From assembly GCF_018336915.1 (NCBI RefSeq), contig NZ_CP064923.1, positions 2,430,001 through 2,462,000 on the forward strand: DNA of 32,000 nucleotides, in the 5' to 3' direction. The stretch comes from Acaryochloris marina S15 (GTDB lineage Bacteria; Cyanobacteriota; Cyanobacteriia; Thermosynechococcales; Thermosynechococcaceae). Within the stretch, counting starts at the first letter, position 1. Each line of letters starts with the position of its first letter. The notes under the pieces are model-generated. The model did no database searches and was not told where the DNA came from. It was given only the letters and a program-made list of their open reading frames with translations. Below are positions 16,819 to 25,292 of the stretch, one piece after another. The position numbers and the translations under genes are program-made.

Positions 16819-18195
16819 ATGCAAACACTGCCTTCTCCCAGCACACCGATGCCCCTACAAACAACTCAGTGGATCTTCGATCCAGTGGGTTATATGAATA
16901 CGAATTTCAAACGGTATGGTGACATATTCGAAGCTTGCGTTCTTTGGGACAATACTGCTCCCTTGATTATGGTGAACGAGCCCAAAGCGGTTCAGTATCT
17001 CCTCACCCACGATACGGGGAAGGAGTTTACATCACCGGGGGAAGTTAACAAACTTCTGGAACCCTTGGTGGGTAAACAAAACATGATGTTGCTCAGCGGC
17101 AATCAACATCGAAACCGCAGACAGTTGGTTTTGCCACCTTTTCATGGCGAGCGGTTGAACGTTTATGGGGCAATTATTCAGCAAATCAGTACCGATCTGA
17201 TCGCACAATGGCCTCTGCATGAGTCACAGAGTATTCGTGGAATCATGCAAAAAATCACCATGCAGGTCATCCTGCAGGCAGTTTTTGGGCTGCATCAAGG
17301 TGAGCGCTACCAACAGCTTGAGCAGTTACTTCGAATTCGCTTGGATATGACAGGGTCTCCTTTGGCATCTGCCATCGTCTTTTTGCCGTGGTTACAAAAA
17401 GACTACGGGGCATGGAGTCCGGGAGGCCGTCTGCTTAAGATTGCAGCCCAAACGGATGAGCTGCTGTTTGCGGAAATTAGAGAGCGACGGGCTAATCCAG
17501 ATCTTGATCGGGTAGATATTCTCTCGATGCTGCTAGCTGCTCGGGATGAAGAAGGTCATGGCCTTACGGATCAAGAGCTACGAGATGAAATGATGGGGCT
17601 GCTGGTAGCAGGCCATGAAACGACGGCCACGGCTTTGACCTGGGCCATGTACTGGATTCATTCTTTGCCAGAGGTAAAGAACAAATTACTAGCAGAACTA
17701 GATGCCGTTGATAATCCAGATGATCCCGCCGAATTTCTCAAACTCCCTTATCTCACAGCCGTCTGTAACGAAACCCTTCGTATTCATCCCGTTGCGATGT
17801 TGACATTTCCTCGTCGAGTAGAGATACCCATGGAAATGTGTGGTTATTCGCTAGAGCCTGGCATGTTACTTATGGGTAGCATTTATCTCATTCATCAAAG
17901 AGAAGATTTGTACCCCAATCCCCAACAGTTTCGCCCTGAACGCTTTCTGGAAAGAAAGTTTTCTCCCTATGAGTTTTTGCCGTTCGGAGGAGGGGTGCGG
18001 CGCTGTGTTGGATCGGCATTGGCTCAGTACGAAATGAAAATTGTTCTGGGAACACTGCTAACCCAGTGTGATTTTGGCTTACTCAATAAACAACCGGTTC
18101 AACCTGGGCGTCGGGGGGTGACTTTGGGACAAAAACAATCGGTTCAGGTGCAGAAAAAAGGACTGAGATCGCCTAAATCACTACAAACCGTCTGA
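16819..18195 (+). CDS. cytochrome P450 (CYP110-like)
   Basis: I-helix AGHETT, ExxR (NETLRI), and haem-binding loop FGGGVRRCVGSALA preceded by PERFLERKFSPYEFLP. 458 aa. The CYP110-like subfamily call is from memory of cyanobacterial P450s. Confidence 0.92.
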   Translation: MQTLPSPSTPMPLQTTQWIFDPVGYMNTNFKRYGDIFEACVLWDNTAPLIMVNEPKAVQYLLTHDTGKEFTSPGEVNKLLEPLVGKQNMMLLSGNQHRNRRQLVLPPFHGERLNVYGAIIQQISTDLIAQWPLHESQSIRGIMQKITMQVILQAVFGLHQGERYQQLEQLLRIRLDMTGSPLASAIVFLPWLQKDYGAWSPGGRLLKIAAQTDELLFAEIRERRANPDLDRVDILSMLLAARDEEGHGLTDQELRDEMMGLLVAGHETTATALTWAMYWIHSLPEVKNKLLAELDAVDNPDDPAEFLKLPYLTAVCNETLRIHPVAMLTFPRRVEIPMEMCGYSLEPGMLLMGSIYLIHQREDLYPNPQQFRPERFLERKFSPYEFLPFGGGVRRCVGSALAQYEMKIVLGTLLTQCDFGLLNKQPVQPGRRGVTLGQKQSVQVQKKGLRSPKSLQTV

Positions 18196-18207
18196 GCCCC
18201 GAATACG

Positions 18208-19782
18208 TTAATGGAGAAAATGGCGAGTGCCTGTAAAGGCCATCACAATTCCCAATTCATCGGCTGCTTGGATAGAGTCTTTATCCCGAATACTGCCACC
18301 GGGTTGAATAATGGCCGTGATTCTGGCAGCGGCAGCTGTCCGTACTGAATCATCAAAGGGAAAGAAGCCATCGCTTGCTAGAGTTCCGCCTTGAGCCTGG
18401 TCTCCTGCTTGCTGTAGAGCAATATTGACGGAACCGACGCGGTTCATTTGGCCTGCACCCACTCCCAGGGTGGTGTGGTCTTTGGTCACCACAATGGCAT
18501 TGGATTTGACATGTTTGACCACTTTCCAGGCAAACAGCAGTTCCGCTAACTGAGCTTCAGTGGGCTTTGCTTGGGTGACGATTTGCCAATCAACAGGCGG
18601 GGTTAAAGTTTCATCGGCTGCTTGGGCAAGCCAACCGCCTGCGATCGCTTTGACCGTAACCGCAGGACCACTAATTAAATCTGGTAGCACTAATACCCGC
18701 AAGTTAGATTTAGCCTGAAGTACAGCTGCTGCGTCGGGCTGACACTCAGGGGCAACAATACATTCCAAAAAGGTTTTGGTGAGCACCTGGGCCGTATCGC
18801 TATCAATGGGGCGATTCATGGCAACGATACCGCCAAAGGCTGAGACTGAATCAGCGGCTAGAGCTTTTTCATAGGCTTGAAGCAGGGTTTCTCCTTGGGC
18901 CACCCCGCAAGGATTGTTGTGTTTAAGGATTGCTACCGTGGGCTGGGTTTCAGCCTGGGCAAACTCGGCGATCACCCGTCGAGCTGCTTCTAAATCAACC
19001 AGGTTGTTGTAGCTGAGTTCTTTGCCCTGGAGTTGTTGAGCAGCAGCCCATCCCGAAGGCGTATCGCTTTCTTGATACCAAACTGCATTTTGGTGGGGAT
19101 TTTCGCCATAGCGAAGGGTTTGTTTAGCTGTACCCAATATGGAGAGCTGGGTTTGGGAATCGGAAGAGGCGATAGATTGGCGGAGGTGGGTTGCGATCAC
19201 AAGATCATAACTCGCCATTCTCTCAAACACCTTGAGCGCACAGGCCTGTCGAAATGGCAGTGACGTCTCTCCTTTCCCTTGCTTCAGCTCTTGCAAATAA
19301 GACTCATACTGCTGGGGGTCGCATAACACGGTCACATGGGCATGGTTTTTAGCGGCAGCCCGAATCATCGTCGGTCCGCCGATATCGATTTGTTCAACAG
19401 CATCTGCCAATGCTTGGTCTGGATCAGTAATTCCCTGAGTCTTTTGTTTGGCAATCGTCTGTTCAAAGGGATAGAGATTAACAACAACCAAGTCAATCCC
19501 TTGGATATTGTTATCCGATAAATCCTGTATATCCGACTCTAAACTGCGACGGGCCAGAATCCCGCCATGAATTCGAGGATGAAGAGTCTTGACTCGCCCC
19601 CCCAAGATTTCAGGTGATCCGGTATAGTCCGACACCTTTGTGACTGGCAACCCTGCTTTCTCTAAGGCTGCTGCTGTCCCTCCACTACTAACCAAGGTAA
19701 AACCATATCCATTGATCAACTGCTGGGCCAATTCCACCAGACCAGTTTTATCTGATGTACTTAAGAGGGCTAAACGTGTCAT
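18208..19782 (-). CDS. purH: bifunctional AICAR formyltransferase / IMP cyclohydrolase
   Basis: LALLSTSDKTGLVELAQ, VKTLHPRIHGGIL, VVVNLYPF, IDIGGPTMIRAAAKN, and C-terminal AFTGTRHFLH. 524 aa. Confidence 0.97.
   Translation of the reverse strand: MTRLALLSTSDKTGLVELAQQLINGYGFTLVSSGGTAAALEKAGLPVTKVSDYTGSPEILGGRVKTLHPRIHGGILARRSLESDIQDLSDNNIQGIDLVVVNLYPFEQTIAKQKTQGITDPDQALADAVEQIDIGGPTMIRAAAKNHAHVTVLCDPQQYESYLQELKQGKGETSLPFRQACALKVFERMASYDLVIATHLRQSIASSDSQTQLSILGTAKQTLRYGENPHQNAVWYQESDTPSGWAAAQQLQGKELSYNNLVDLEAARRVIAEFAQAETQPTVAILKHNNPCGVAQGETLLQAYEKALAADSVSAFGGIVAMNRPIDSDTAQVLTKTFLECIVAPECQPDAAAVLQAKSNLRVLVLPDLISGPAVTVKAIAGGWLAQAADETLTPPVDWQIVTQAKPTEAQLAELLFAWKVVKHVKSNAIVVTKDHTTLGVGAGQMNRVGSVNIALQQAGDQAQGGTLASDGFFPFDDSVRTAAAARITAIIQPGGSIRDKDSIQAADELGIVMAFTGTRHFLH
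18641..18648. repeat. HIP1 octamer GCGATCGC
   Basis: Exact match read in the sequence. Confidence 0.9.
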
Positions 19783-19868
19783 TATCGAATTCTGAAAACA
19801 CTACATTGTTCACAGCATATTGAAGAGATAGCTGTAATGGATTACAAATTTACTGTAAAAAGCTGCAA

Positions 19869-20213
19869 CTATTTCCCTTTATTTGCTTGCAGACGATATT
19901 CTTCTACTTCAGGTGGGTAGCCGATGGGTAGAACTTGTTCCACATTAGGATGAGGACGAGGGATAATGACCCACGTATGTAATGTTGCCCCATAGGTGTT
20001 CTCCACCACAGCAATCCCAGCGTCCATGGCTCGCTTCACTTCGGATACATCGCCTCTAAAACAAATGGCGAATCGAGCACTACCGGCCTTGATATAACTC
20101 ACCAGTGTGACCCGGCCAGCCTTGATCATAGCATCAGCAATTGAGAGGTTTCCTGGCAAACCCGATGTTTCTAATGCCCCAACGGCTTGCTGTGAAACAA
20201 CCCCATTCGTCAT
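19869..20213 (-). CDS. ccmK: BMC-domain carboxysome shell protein, CcmK family (CcmK4-like)
   Basis: AVGALETSGLPG, ADAMIKAGRVTLV, AGSARF, RGDVSEVKRAMDAG, WVIIPRPH and a C-terminal PPEVEEYR extension give a single BMC-H domain of 114 aa. It resembles CcmK4 paralogs more than CcmK1/2. Confidence 0.85.
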   Translation of the reverse strand: MTNGVVSQQAVGALETSGLPGNLSIADAMIKAGRVTLVSYIKAGSARFAICFRGDVSEVKRAMDAGIAVVENTYGATLHTWVIIPRPHPNVEQVLPIGYPPEVEEYRLQANKGK

Positions 20214-20290
20214 CTGTCATTCTCCCAAACTTAAAAAAAAACTCAATCTCGTAAAGATTCCGAAGAATGAATTATTACTTTCACTGATGA

Positions 20291-20302
20291 TGCAATATTG
20301 CA
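20291..20302. promoter_or_regulatory. perfect 12-bp palindrome TGCAATATTGCA (candidate operator)
   Basis: Read directly from the sequence. It lies in the 356-bp divergent intergenic region between ccmK and the GT2 gene. A further TGCAAT half-site follows 11 nt downstream. Confidence 0.2.
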
Positions 20303-20332
20303 CTATCTAGCTATGCAATTGTAGTCTAATGG

Positions 20333-20370
20333 TTTGACATGAACCTACAAAGTATTCTGTCAATGTCAAA
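20333..20370. promoter_or_regulatory. 8-bp perfect inverted repeat TTTGACAT / ATGTCAAA separated by 22 nt
   Basis: Read directly from the sequence. It could be a hairpin in the ccmK 5' leader or a protein-binding site. Confidence 0.2.
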
Positions 20371-20403
20371 GCCTAAACTTTACATCCTGCAGTAAAGATT
20401 ATT

Positions 20404-20420
20404 ATTTCTTCTGAAGAAAT
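20404..20420. promoter_or_regulatory. perfect 8+1+8 palindrome ATTTCTTC-T-GAAGAAAT (contains a T-N11-A core)
   Basis: Read directly and verified base by base. It lies in the ccmK/GT2 divergent intergenic region. Confidence 0.25.
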
Positions 20421-20569
20421 GCGGGCTTGAGTAACTTTACTCGCTGATATGTGAACACTATATCTAGTCAGGATGAGGTAATTTTCATGTCCTCTGGTTA
20501 CTCTTCAACATTAGTCACCAAATAGTTTAAATTCTGACATCAACCTTATGTGGTAGAGATGCTCCACAA

Positions 20570-21526
20570 ATGTCAACCCCTGTTTTGAGTATTTGCATTC
20601 CGGCGTACAATCGGCCCAAATGGTTTTCTAGGGCACTAGCATCAATTCTTACAACACCTGAAACTCAGCAAGCTCAAATCGAAATTGTTGTTTCGGATGA
20701 TTCCACTATTGCTGAGTGTGGTCAAATTTCCCATCAGTCACTCTCAGGCTGGCAAGGGCCTTGGCAGTATCAAGTTAATTCTCCCAGCTTAGGCATGGCC
20801 CAAAACTGGAACCGCTGCATCCAAATGGCGAAAGGAAAGTATATTCTGATCCTCCACGATGATGACTATTTAGAGACAGGGGCCATCGCTAATATTCTGG
20901 AAACGGTACAAGCGCATCCTCAAACATCGGCTTTTCTATTTGGAGTGAACGTCGTAACGGCTAAAGAACATGTGCGGAAGAAACAACAGTTTTCAAAGAT
21001 GGAATATCTAGACCGAAGGGCTGCACTTCAGCAATTGCTACTTAATTCTTCTTTTGTAAGATTTCCAGGGATCGTATTACAGCGTGATGTCTTTCAACAA
21101 GTCGGCTATTTTGATGAAAAGGTAGGTGGAATAGCTGATATTCATCTTTGGATTCGCATTTTCAATGCGTATGGCGTGTGTTGTGTCCCTATCACAACCG
21201 CGAATTACACAGTTCATGCTGATGCACTGACTATGAACATGTTCAATGAGTCAGTTGTGAACCAACTGTTGTCATTATTCGATTGGATAGAGGCTGAACA
21301 GTGGTTAGATCTAGAATTGCTTGAATTTTGCAAGACTAATTACTTTCATCAATTTATCCTTGCAGGTTCAATTCGTTATTTAAGAATAGGAAATTTTAAG
21401 AATACGAGAAAAACTCTTTCTCTGTTTAATACAGTACAATTAAACTCACAAAAAGCAGTGTTTAAATGGAAGCTTCTAAGATTCCTGTTAATCAGTTTTT
21501 TTAGACCAAAAACTTCATGTATTTGA
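20570..21526 (+). CDS. glycosyltransferase family 2
   Basis: LSICIPAYNRP, VVSDDS and ILHDDD (DxD) are typical of a GT-A/GT2 N-terminal domain. 318 aa. Confidence 0.85.
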   Translation: MSTPVLSICIPAYNRPKWFSRALASILTTPETQQAQIEIVVSDDSTIAECGQISHQSLSGWQGPWQYQVNSPSLGMAQNWNRCIQMAKGKYILILHDDDYLETGAIANILETVQAHPQTSAFLFGVNVVTAKEHVRKKQQFSKMEYLDRRAALQQLLLNSSFVRFPGIVLQRDVFQQVGYFDEKVGGIADIHLWIRIFNAYGVCCVPITTANYTVHADALTMNMFNESVVNQLLSLFDWIEAEQWLDLELLEFCKTNYFHQFILAGSIRYLRIGNFKNTRKTLSLFNTVQLNSQKAVFKWKLLRFLLISFFRPKTSCI

Positions 21527-22684
21527 AGATGGAATAGCCTCAATCACTTTTTTGAGCTTGATTGACCAGTCAAGGTGATTTACTGCATAATCATAAATTT
21601 TTTTTGGGTGCTCGGTATCTTCGTAAATTCCCAAAACAAATTCAACTAGCTCAGACATGTTAATAGGAGTATCATCAGCTTTTAGAAGAAGTCTATAGGG
21701 GAATGAATTTGGGAAGTCTGGATCCTTAGCACTGCTTACAAAAGGTATACCTCTAGCAGCATATTCACGAACCTTAAGAGCGGCAGTTTCTTCCATACCC
21801 TTTCTATGACAGCCTAAATCGCCAATGGCAAGATGGCATTGATCATAAAGTTTATTAAGCTTATCCCCATAATTTTCGCCATGGTATTTAATTTTATCAA
21901 TTAAATGAGAAGACTCCGAATGCGATAATAGTTCTTCTATACATTTGTTGTAGGGACTAACAATATGAAAGTTAATATCAATTTCTGGCTTAACAGAACT
22001 AATATAATAATTCTTAAGCCCACTAATTACTCGATCAAATCCATGCCAAAACTCAATATTTCCAACACCAATAATATGAATTGATTTGTTGAGAGAAGGT
22101 GGTCGATTTAATTCTATGGTCTCTGAAATATTTATTCCGTTTGAAATACTTAATATAGGGATATCGAAAATTGGCTGATAGAAGGAAACAACAACTATTC
22201 TAGTGATATACTTTTTAAGTTGTTTTCGGCACATTCTATCAAAGAAAAATACTATCTTATCTTTTACTTTAGTAGTATTTTCATACTCATGATCATACGG
22301 ATAAGTCGGTATTTCATAAAATATTGTGATTTTGCCATACAACAAACGAATCAACGTCAAAAAAAGGATGAATAAAGGATCAGAACGAGGATGTCTAAGG
22401 TATAAGAAATCAGATGATTGCTGCCATAATTTTCTGATTGTGAAAAAATAAAGATAGATCCTTCTAAGAACTAAATTTCTGACATTATGTTTTAGTATAT
22501 TCGTACTCAATGATGGAGTAACATGAATAAAACTTTCCCTACATATGATGTCCGAATTAGGAGTAAAGCATATTAAATCTATATCTATATTTAGTTTATT
22601 GAAACCACTTACTTGTCCACTTATTTTTACGTCATACCCTTGGACATTATCAGGATCAATATTTGATAAATAAGTACCTTTCAT
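21515..22684 (-). CDS. putative GT-B fold glycosyltransferase (family uncertain)
   Basis: A long clean ORF (389 aa) in a very AT-rich context. The C-terminal half has GVGNIEFWHGFDR and ETAALKVREYAARGIPFVS, resembling the nucleotide-sugar binding half of GT1/GT4-like enzymes. It sits in an operon with other GTs. Confidence 0.55.
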   Translation of the reverse strand: MKGTYLSNIDPDNVQGYDVKISGQVSGFNKLNIDIDLICFTPNSDIICRESFIHVTPSLSTNILKHNVRNLVLRRIYLYFFTIRKLWQQSSDFLYLRHPRSDPLFILFLTLIRLLYGKITIFYEIPTYPYDHEYENTTKVKDKIVFFFDRMCRKQLKKYITRIVVVSFYQPIFDIPILSISNGINISETIELNRPPSLNKSIHIIGVGNIEFWHGFDRVISGLKNYYISSVKPEIDINFHIVSPYNKCIEELLSHSESSHLIDKIKYHGENYGDKLNKLYDQCHLAIGDLGCHRKGMEETAALKVREYAARGIPFVSSAKDPDFPNSFPYRLLLKADDTPINMSELVEFVLGIYEDTEHPKKIYDYAVNHLDWSIKLKKVIEAIPSSNT

Positions 22685-22719
22685 TGATAAATAAGTTAAT
22701 ATTCCCTGAATCTATGATG

Positions 22720-23862
22720 TTAATCACTTATTAGTGAAGCCACAGTATCAAGTAAAATATCACGATTTTTTTCTGCACATAGATGAGGGGATGCAATACG
22801 TGAATTCTCCTTAAATTTCTTAATCTCTTCAGTAGAAAGATTATTTAGTACTTTAGCCATGGATTCAAGCGTAAAATCATCTGAAACAACTCCGCAATTA
22901 TACTCATGAACAACTCGGACCATTTCTTGAGATGGCCATATAGCAACGGCTAAACAACCCTGAATATATTCAAAGAGTTTATTGGGTAATGCTAAACGAT
23001 AATTAAATGATGCTGGCCATAGTAGAAAGAGGCCTATATCATATTCATTTAAAGCCCTAGATATTTGAGGCATTGGTACTGGCTCACGAAAGCTGATGCG
23101 TTTTCTGATTGAGACCAGTTTTTGTAGTTTTTGCAAATAGCCTCCTTGATTAGGGATAACCATTAAATCAAGGCTAAATCTTTCATCAAGCAGATCCATT
23201 AAATAGAGCATATTCTCAATTTTTCTAGAACTATTGAGAAAACCATGATAAATCATCCTAATACTTTGATCGTCGACAGGACTAGGTTTCAATAATTCTT
23301 GGAAAGGTGCATTTGTAAGCACTCCGCATTCAATGCCATAATTCTTTGAATATTCTTCTGCTATACCCTGACATACTGTTACCATAGCGTCGGCTTTAGG
23401 TAAGTATGTACGACAAATATAGTCCCAGTAATCTTGAAAGAAAAATCGAAAAAGCCACCTATCATCAAATTGTCTTGGTTGATATTCATGAGCATCCAAT
23501 AAAACTTTTGCACCATTTTTTTTAGCCAAAAAAACTACCAATGGCAGTGTATTGATATCATTAGCAATTATTAAGTCAAAAAAATTGTCTTTAAGCTTAT
23601 TTAATGATTCTTTGACTGGTGGAGATGTCCAGTAGTATTTCTCAAATTGATTGCTTTTTAATTGAAATCCTCTAGTTAATTTGCTAGTTATACTACCTTT
23701 AACTTTTTTTATTGAAATGGAATTGAGTCCACTTATATCTGGAGAACAATAACCCACTGCTGTAATATCGAAATCTTCAACACTTTTTAAAAATAGAATT
23801 TGTCTATATACTCTAGGGTCAGTCTTGAGATTGGAAAAAGAAATAACTAGAACTTTTTTCAT
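22720..23862 (-). CDS. glycosyltransferase, GT-B fold (GT4/GT1-like)
   Basis: MKKVLVISFSNLKTDPRVYRQ N-terminus and C-terminal LPNKLFEYIQGCLAVAIWPS (the ExxxxxxxE-region equivalent). 380 aa. Confidence 0.7.
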   Translation of the reverse strand: MKKVLVISFSNLKTDPRVYRQILFLKSVEDFDITAVGYCSPDISGLNSISIKKVKGSITSKLTRGFQLKSNQFEKYYWTSPPVKESLNKLKDNFFDLIIANDINTLPLVVFLAKKNGAKVLLDAHEYQPRQFDDRWLFRFFFQDYWDYICRTYLPKADAMVTVCQGIAEEYSKNYGIECGVLTNAPFQELLKPSPVDDQSIRMIYHGFLNSSRKIENMLYLMDLLDERFSLDLMVIPNQGGYLQKLQKLVSIRKRISFREPVPMPQISRALNEYDIGLFLLWPASFNYRLALPNKLFEYIQGCLAVAIWPSQEMVRVVHEYNCGVVSDDFTLESMAKVLNNLSTEEIKKFKENSRIASPHLCAEKNRDILLDTVASLISD

Positions 23863-23924
23863 GAAATTGTAGATATCATTGATCGTCTTTATGGAATGTT
23901 CTAACTTTTATATTTTAGTTCTTT

Positions 23925-25259
23925 CTAAATTGCTTTTTTAAGTCTCAATATAATTTTAAAATCTTGCTTCTGAATAGCAATTGGCTCCCACCAGTGATTC
24001 TTACTTAATCTAGAGTATAAAAACATAATTAGTATGCATGTTGAAATATATGAGATGCTTGTAGCCAATGCTGCGCCAGAGAGACCCATTTTAGGAATTA
24101 GAAAGGAATTCGACAATATATTAACAACAACAACAATAATACTTACATACATATTTAATTCTGGATATCCCCTTGCTGCAATATCGTTAGCCAAGGCCCG
24201 AGCGAGACTAAGAACTACAATACCTGGAATAAGCCAAAGGATGGCATCTGAAGCTCCACTGAATTCTGGACCAAAAAGAATGAAAACTAGTTTTTGAGAA
24301 AAAATCGCTAACAATAACGCTCCCATTAGTGTTGAAAAAAATACTAAGCGAGCAATAATTGGTGTAAGTGTTTTACGAGCTATTTCGTTTTGATGTAAAG
24401 CAGCTAGACGAGGAAGAGTAACGGTACTTACCGCACTTGATAATAGCCATAATCTTTCAACTAAACTAACTGCAATAACATAGGTTCCTACATCTGAAGA
24501 GGAAAGTAACAAATTAACCATAAAAATATCCGCTTTGTAATTGACGAAAGCCAAGATATTACTTAAATGAGCTTTCCAACCATAGCTCAGACATTTTCTT
24601 TCATATTTTTTATCGTGGCAGAATGTATCCGCGAAAAAATAGACTTTAAGTGCTGATAAACAAATTAATAAACCTATTAAGGTTCCAATAGCTGAAGCAC
24701 TCAAAGCTCCAAACACCCCAAGGTTAGCAAACTTAACTAGAATAATTGCAACAATAAAAGTAACAATTGGGGAAGCCAAGAGAAATTTGTTGTAATTTTT
24801 AAAATCTTGAATACCTTGAAAAAGACTAATTAGATAAGCCTGGAGAAGTGAAACTGGAAAAATAAGTAATGCAAAATACAGTAAAAACTGAGAGGTGCTG
24901 GGGAACCAAGTATTTGCTTTAAAATATATAATTAAGATACCTATCAAAGTACCAATAAGACTAAGTTTCCACCATAACTGAAGACAAGTTGCAAAAGCTA
25001 CGCTAATTGAAATTCTCTTTTGGCCTAAAAAATATACATTTGCAGGAGCGATTCCTAGGTTCAGAAACTTTGCTAAAGATGTAGATAATAAAAGCGTCAT
25101 AGCATATTGGCCTCTCCCTTCTGGGCCTAATATCCTAGCTAAAAACACTATAGTGCCAAGCCCTAAAGCAATAACAAGTATTTGTCGCCCTAATGTTTGT
25201 AAAATGCTACGACTAAGGTTTTTCTGACCCTCTACTCGGCTATTTTGACCATTACTCAA
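23925..25259 (-). CDS. wzx: Wzx-type oligosaccharide flippase (MOP superfamily polysaccharide biosynthesis protein)
   Basis: 444 aa with about 12 hydrophobic helices spread over the whole length. It is embedded among glycosyltransferases. Size and topology are typical of Wzx. Confidence 0.8.
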   Translation of the reverse strand: MSNGQNSRVEGQKNLSRSILQTLGRQILVIALGLGTIVFLARILGPEGRGQYAMTLLLSTSLAKFLNLGIAPANVYFLGQKRISISVAFATCLQLWWKLSLIGTLIGILIIYFKANTWFPSTSQFLLYFALLIFPVSLLQAYLISLFQGIQDFKNYNKFLLASPIVTFIVAIILVKFANLGVFGALSASAIGTLIGLLICLSALKVYFFADTFCHDKKYERKCLSYGWKAHLSNILAFVNYKADIFMVNLLLSSSDVGTYVIAVSLVERLWLLSSAVSTVTLPRLAALHQNEIARKTLTPIIARLVFFSTLMGALLLAIFSQKLVFILFGPEFSGASDAILWLIPGIVVLSLARALANDIAARGYPELNMYVSIIVVVVNILSNSFLIPKMGLSGAALATSISYISTCILIMFLYSRLSKNHWWEPIAIQKQDFKIILRLKKAI

Positions 25260-25292
25260 AGTATAGACACCACTAAGATTGCTTTTTAGTAT

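Noticed and set aside
19783-19868. Possible ZTP (pfl) riboswitch or other leader upstream of purH.
   Set aside because: The 86-nt spacer is AT-rich and lacks the G/C-rich conserved cores of the ZTP motif (no CCGCCTGGGC-like element). It contains only short AT-rich dyads such as TGTAATGGATTACA.
20214-20569. Degenerate ccmK3 remnant upstream of the ccmK4-like gene.
   Set aside because: Reading the minus strand of the spacer gave frequent stops and nothing resembling BMC-domain motifs.
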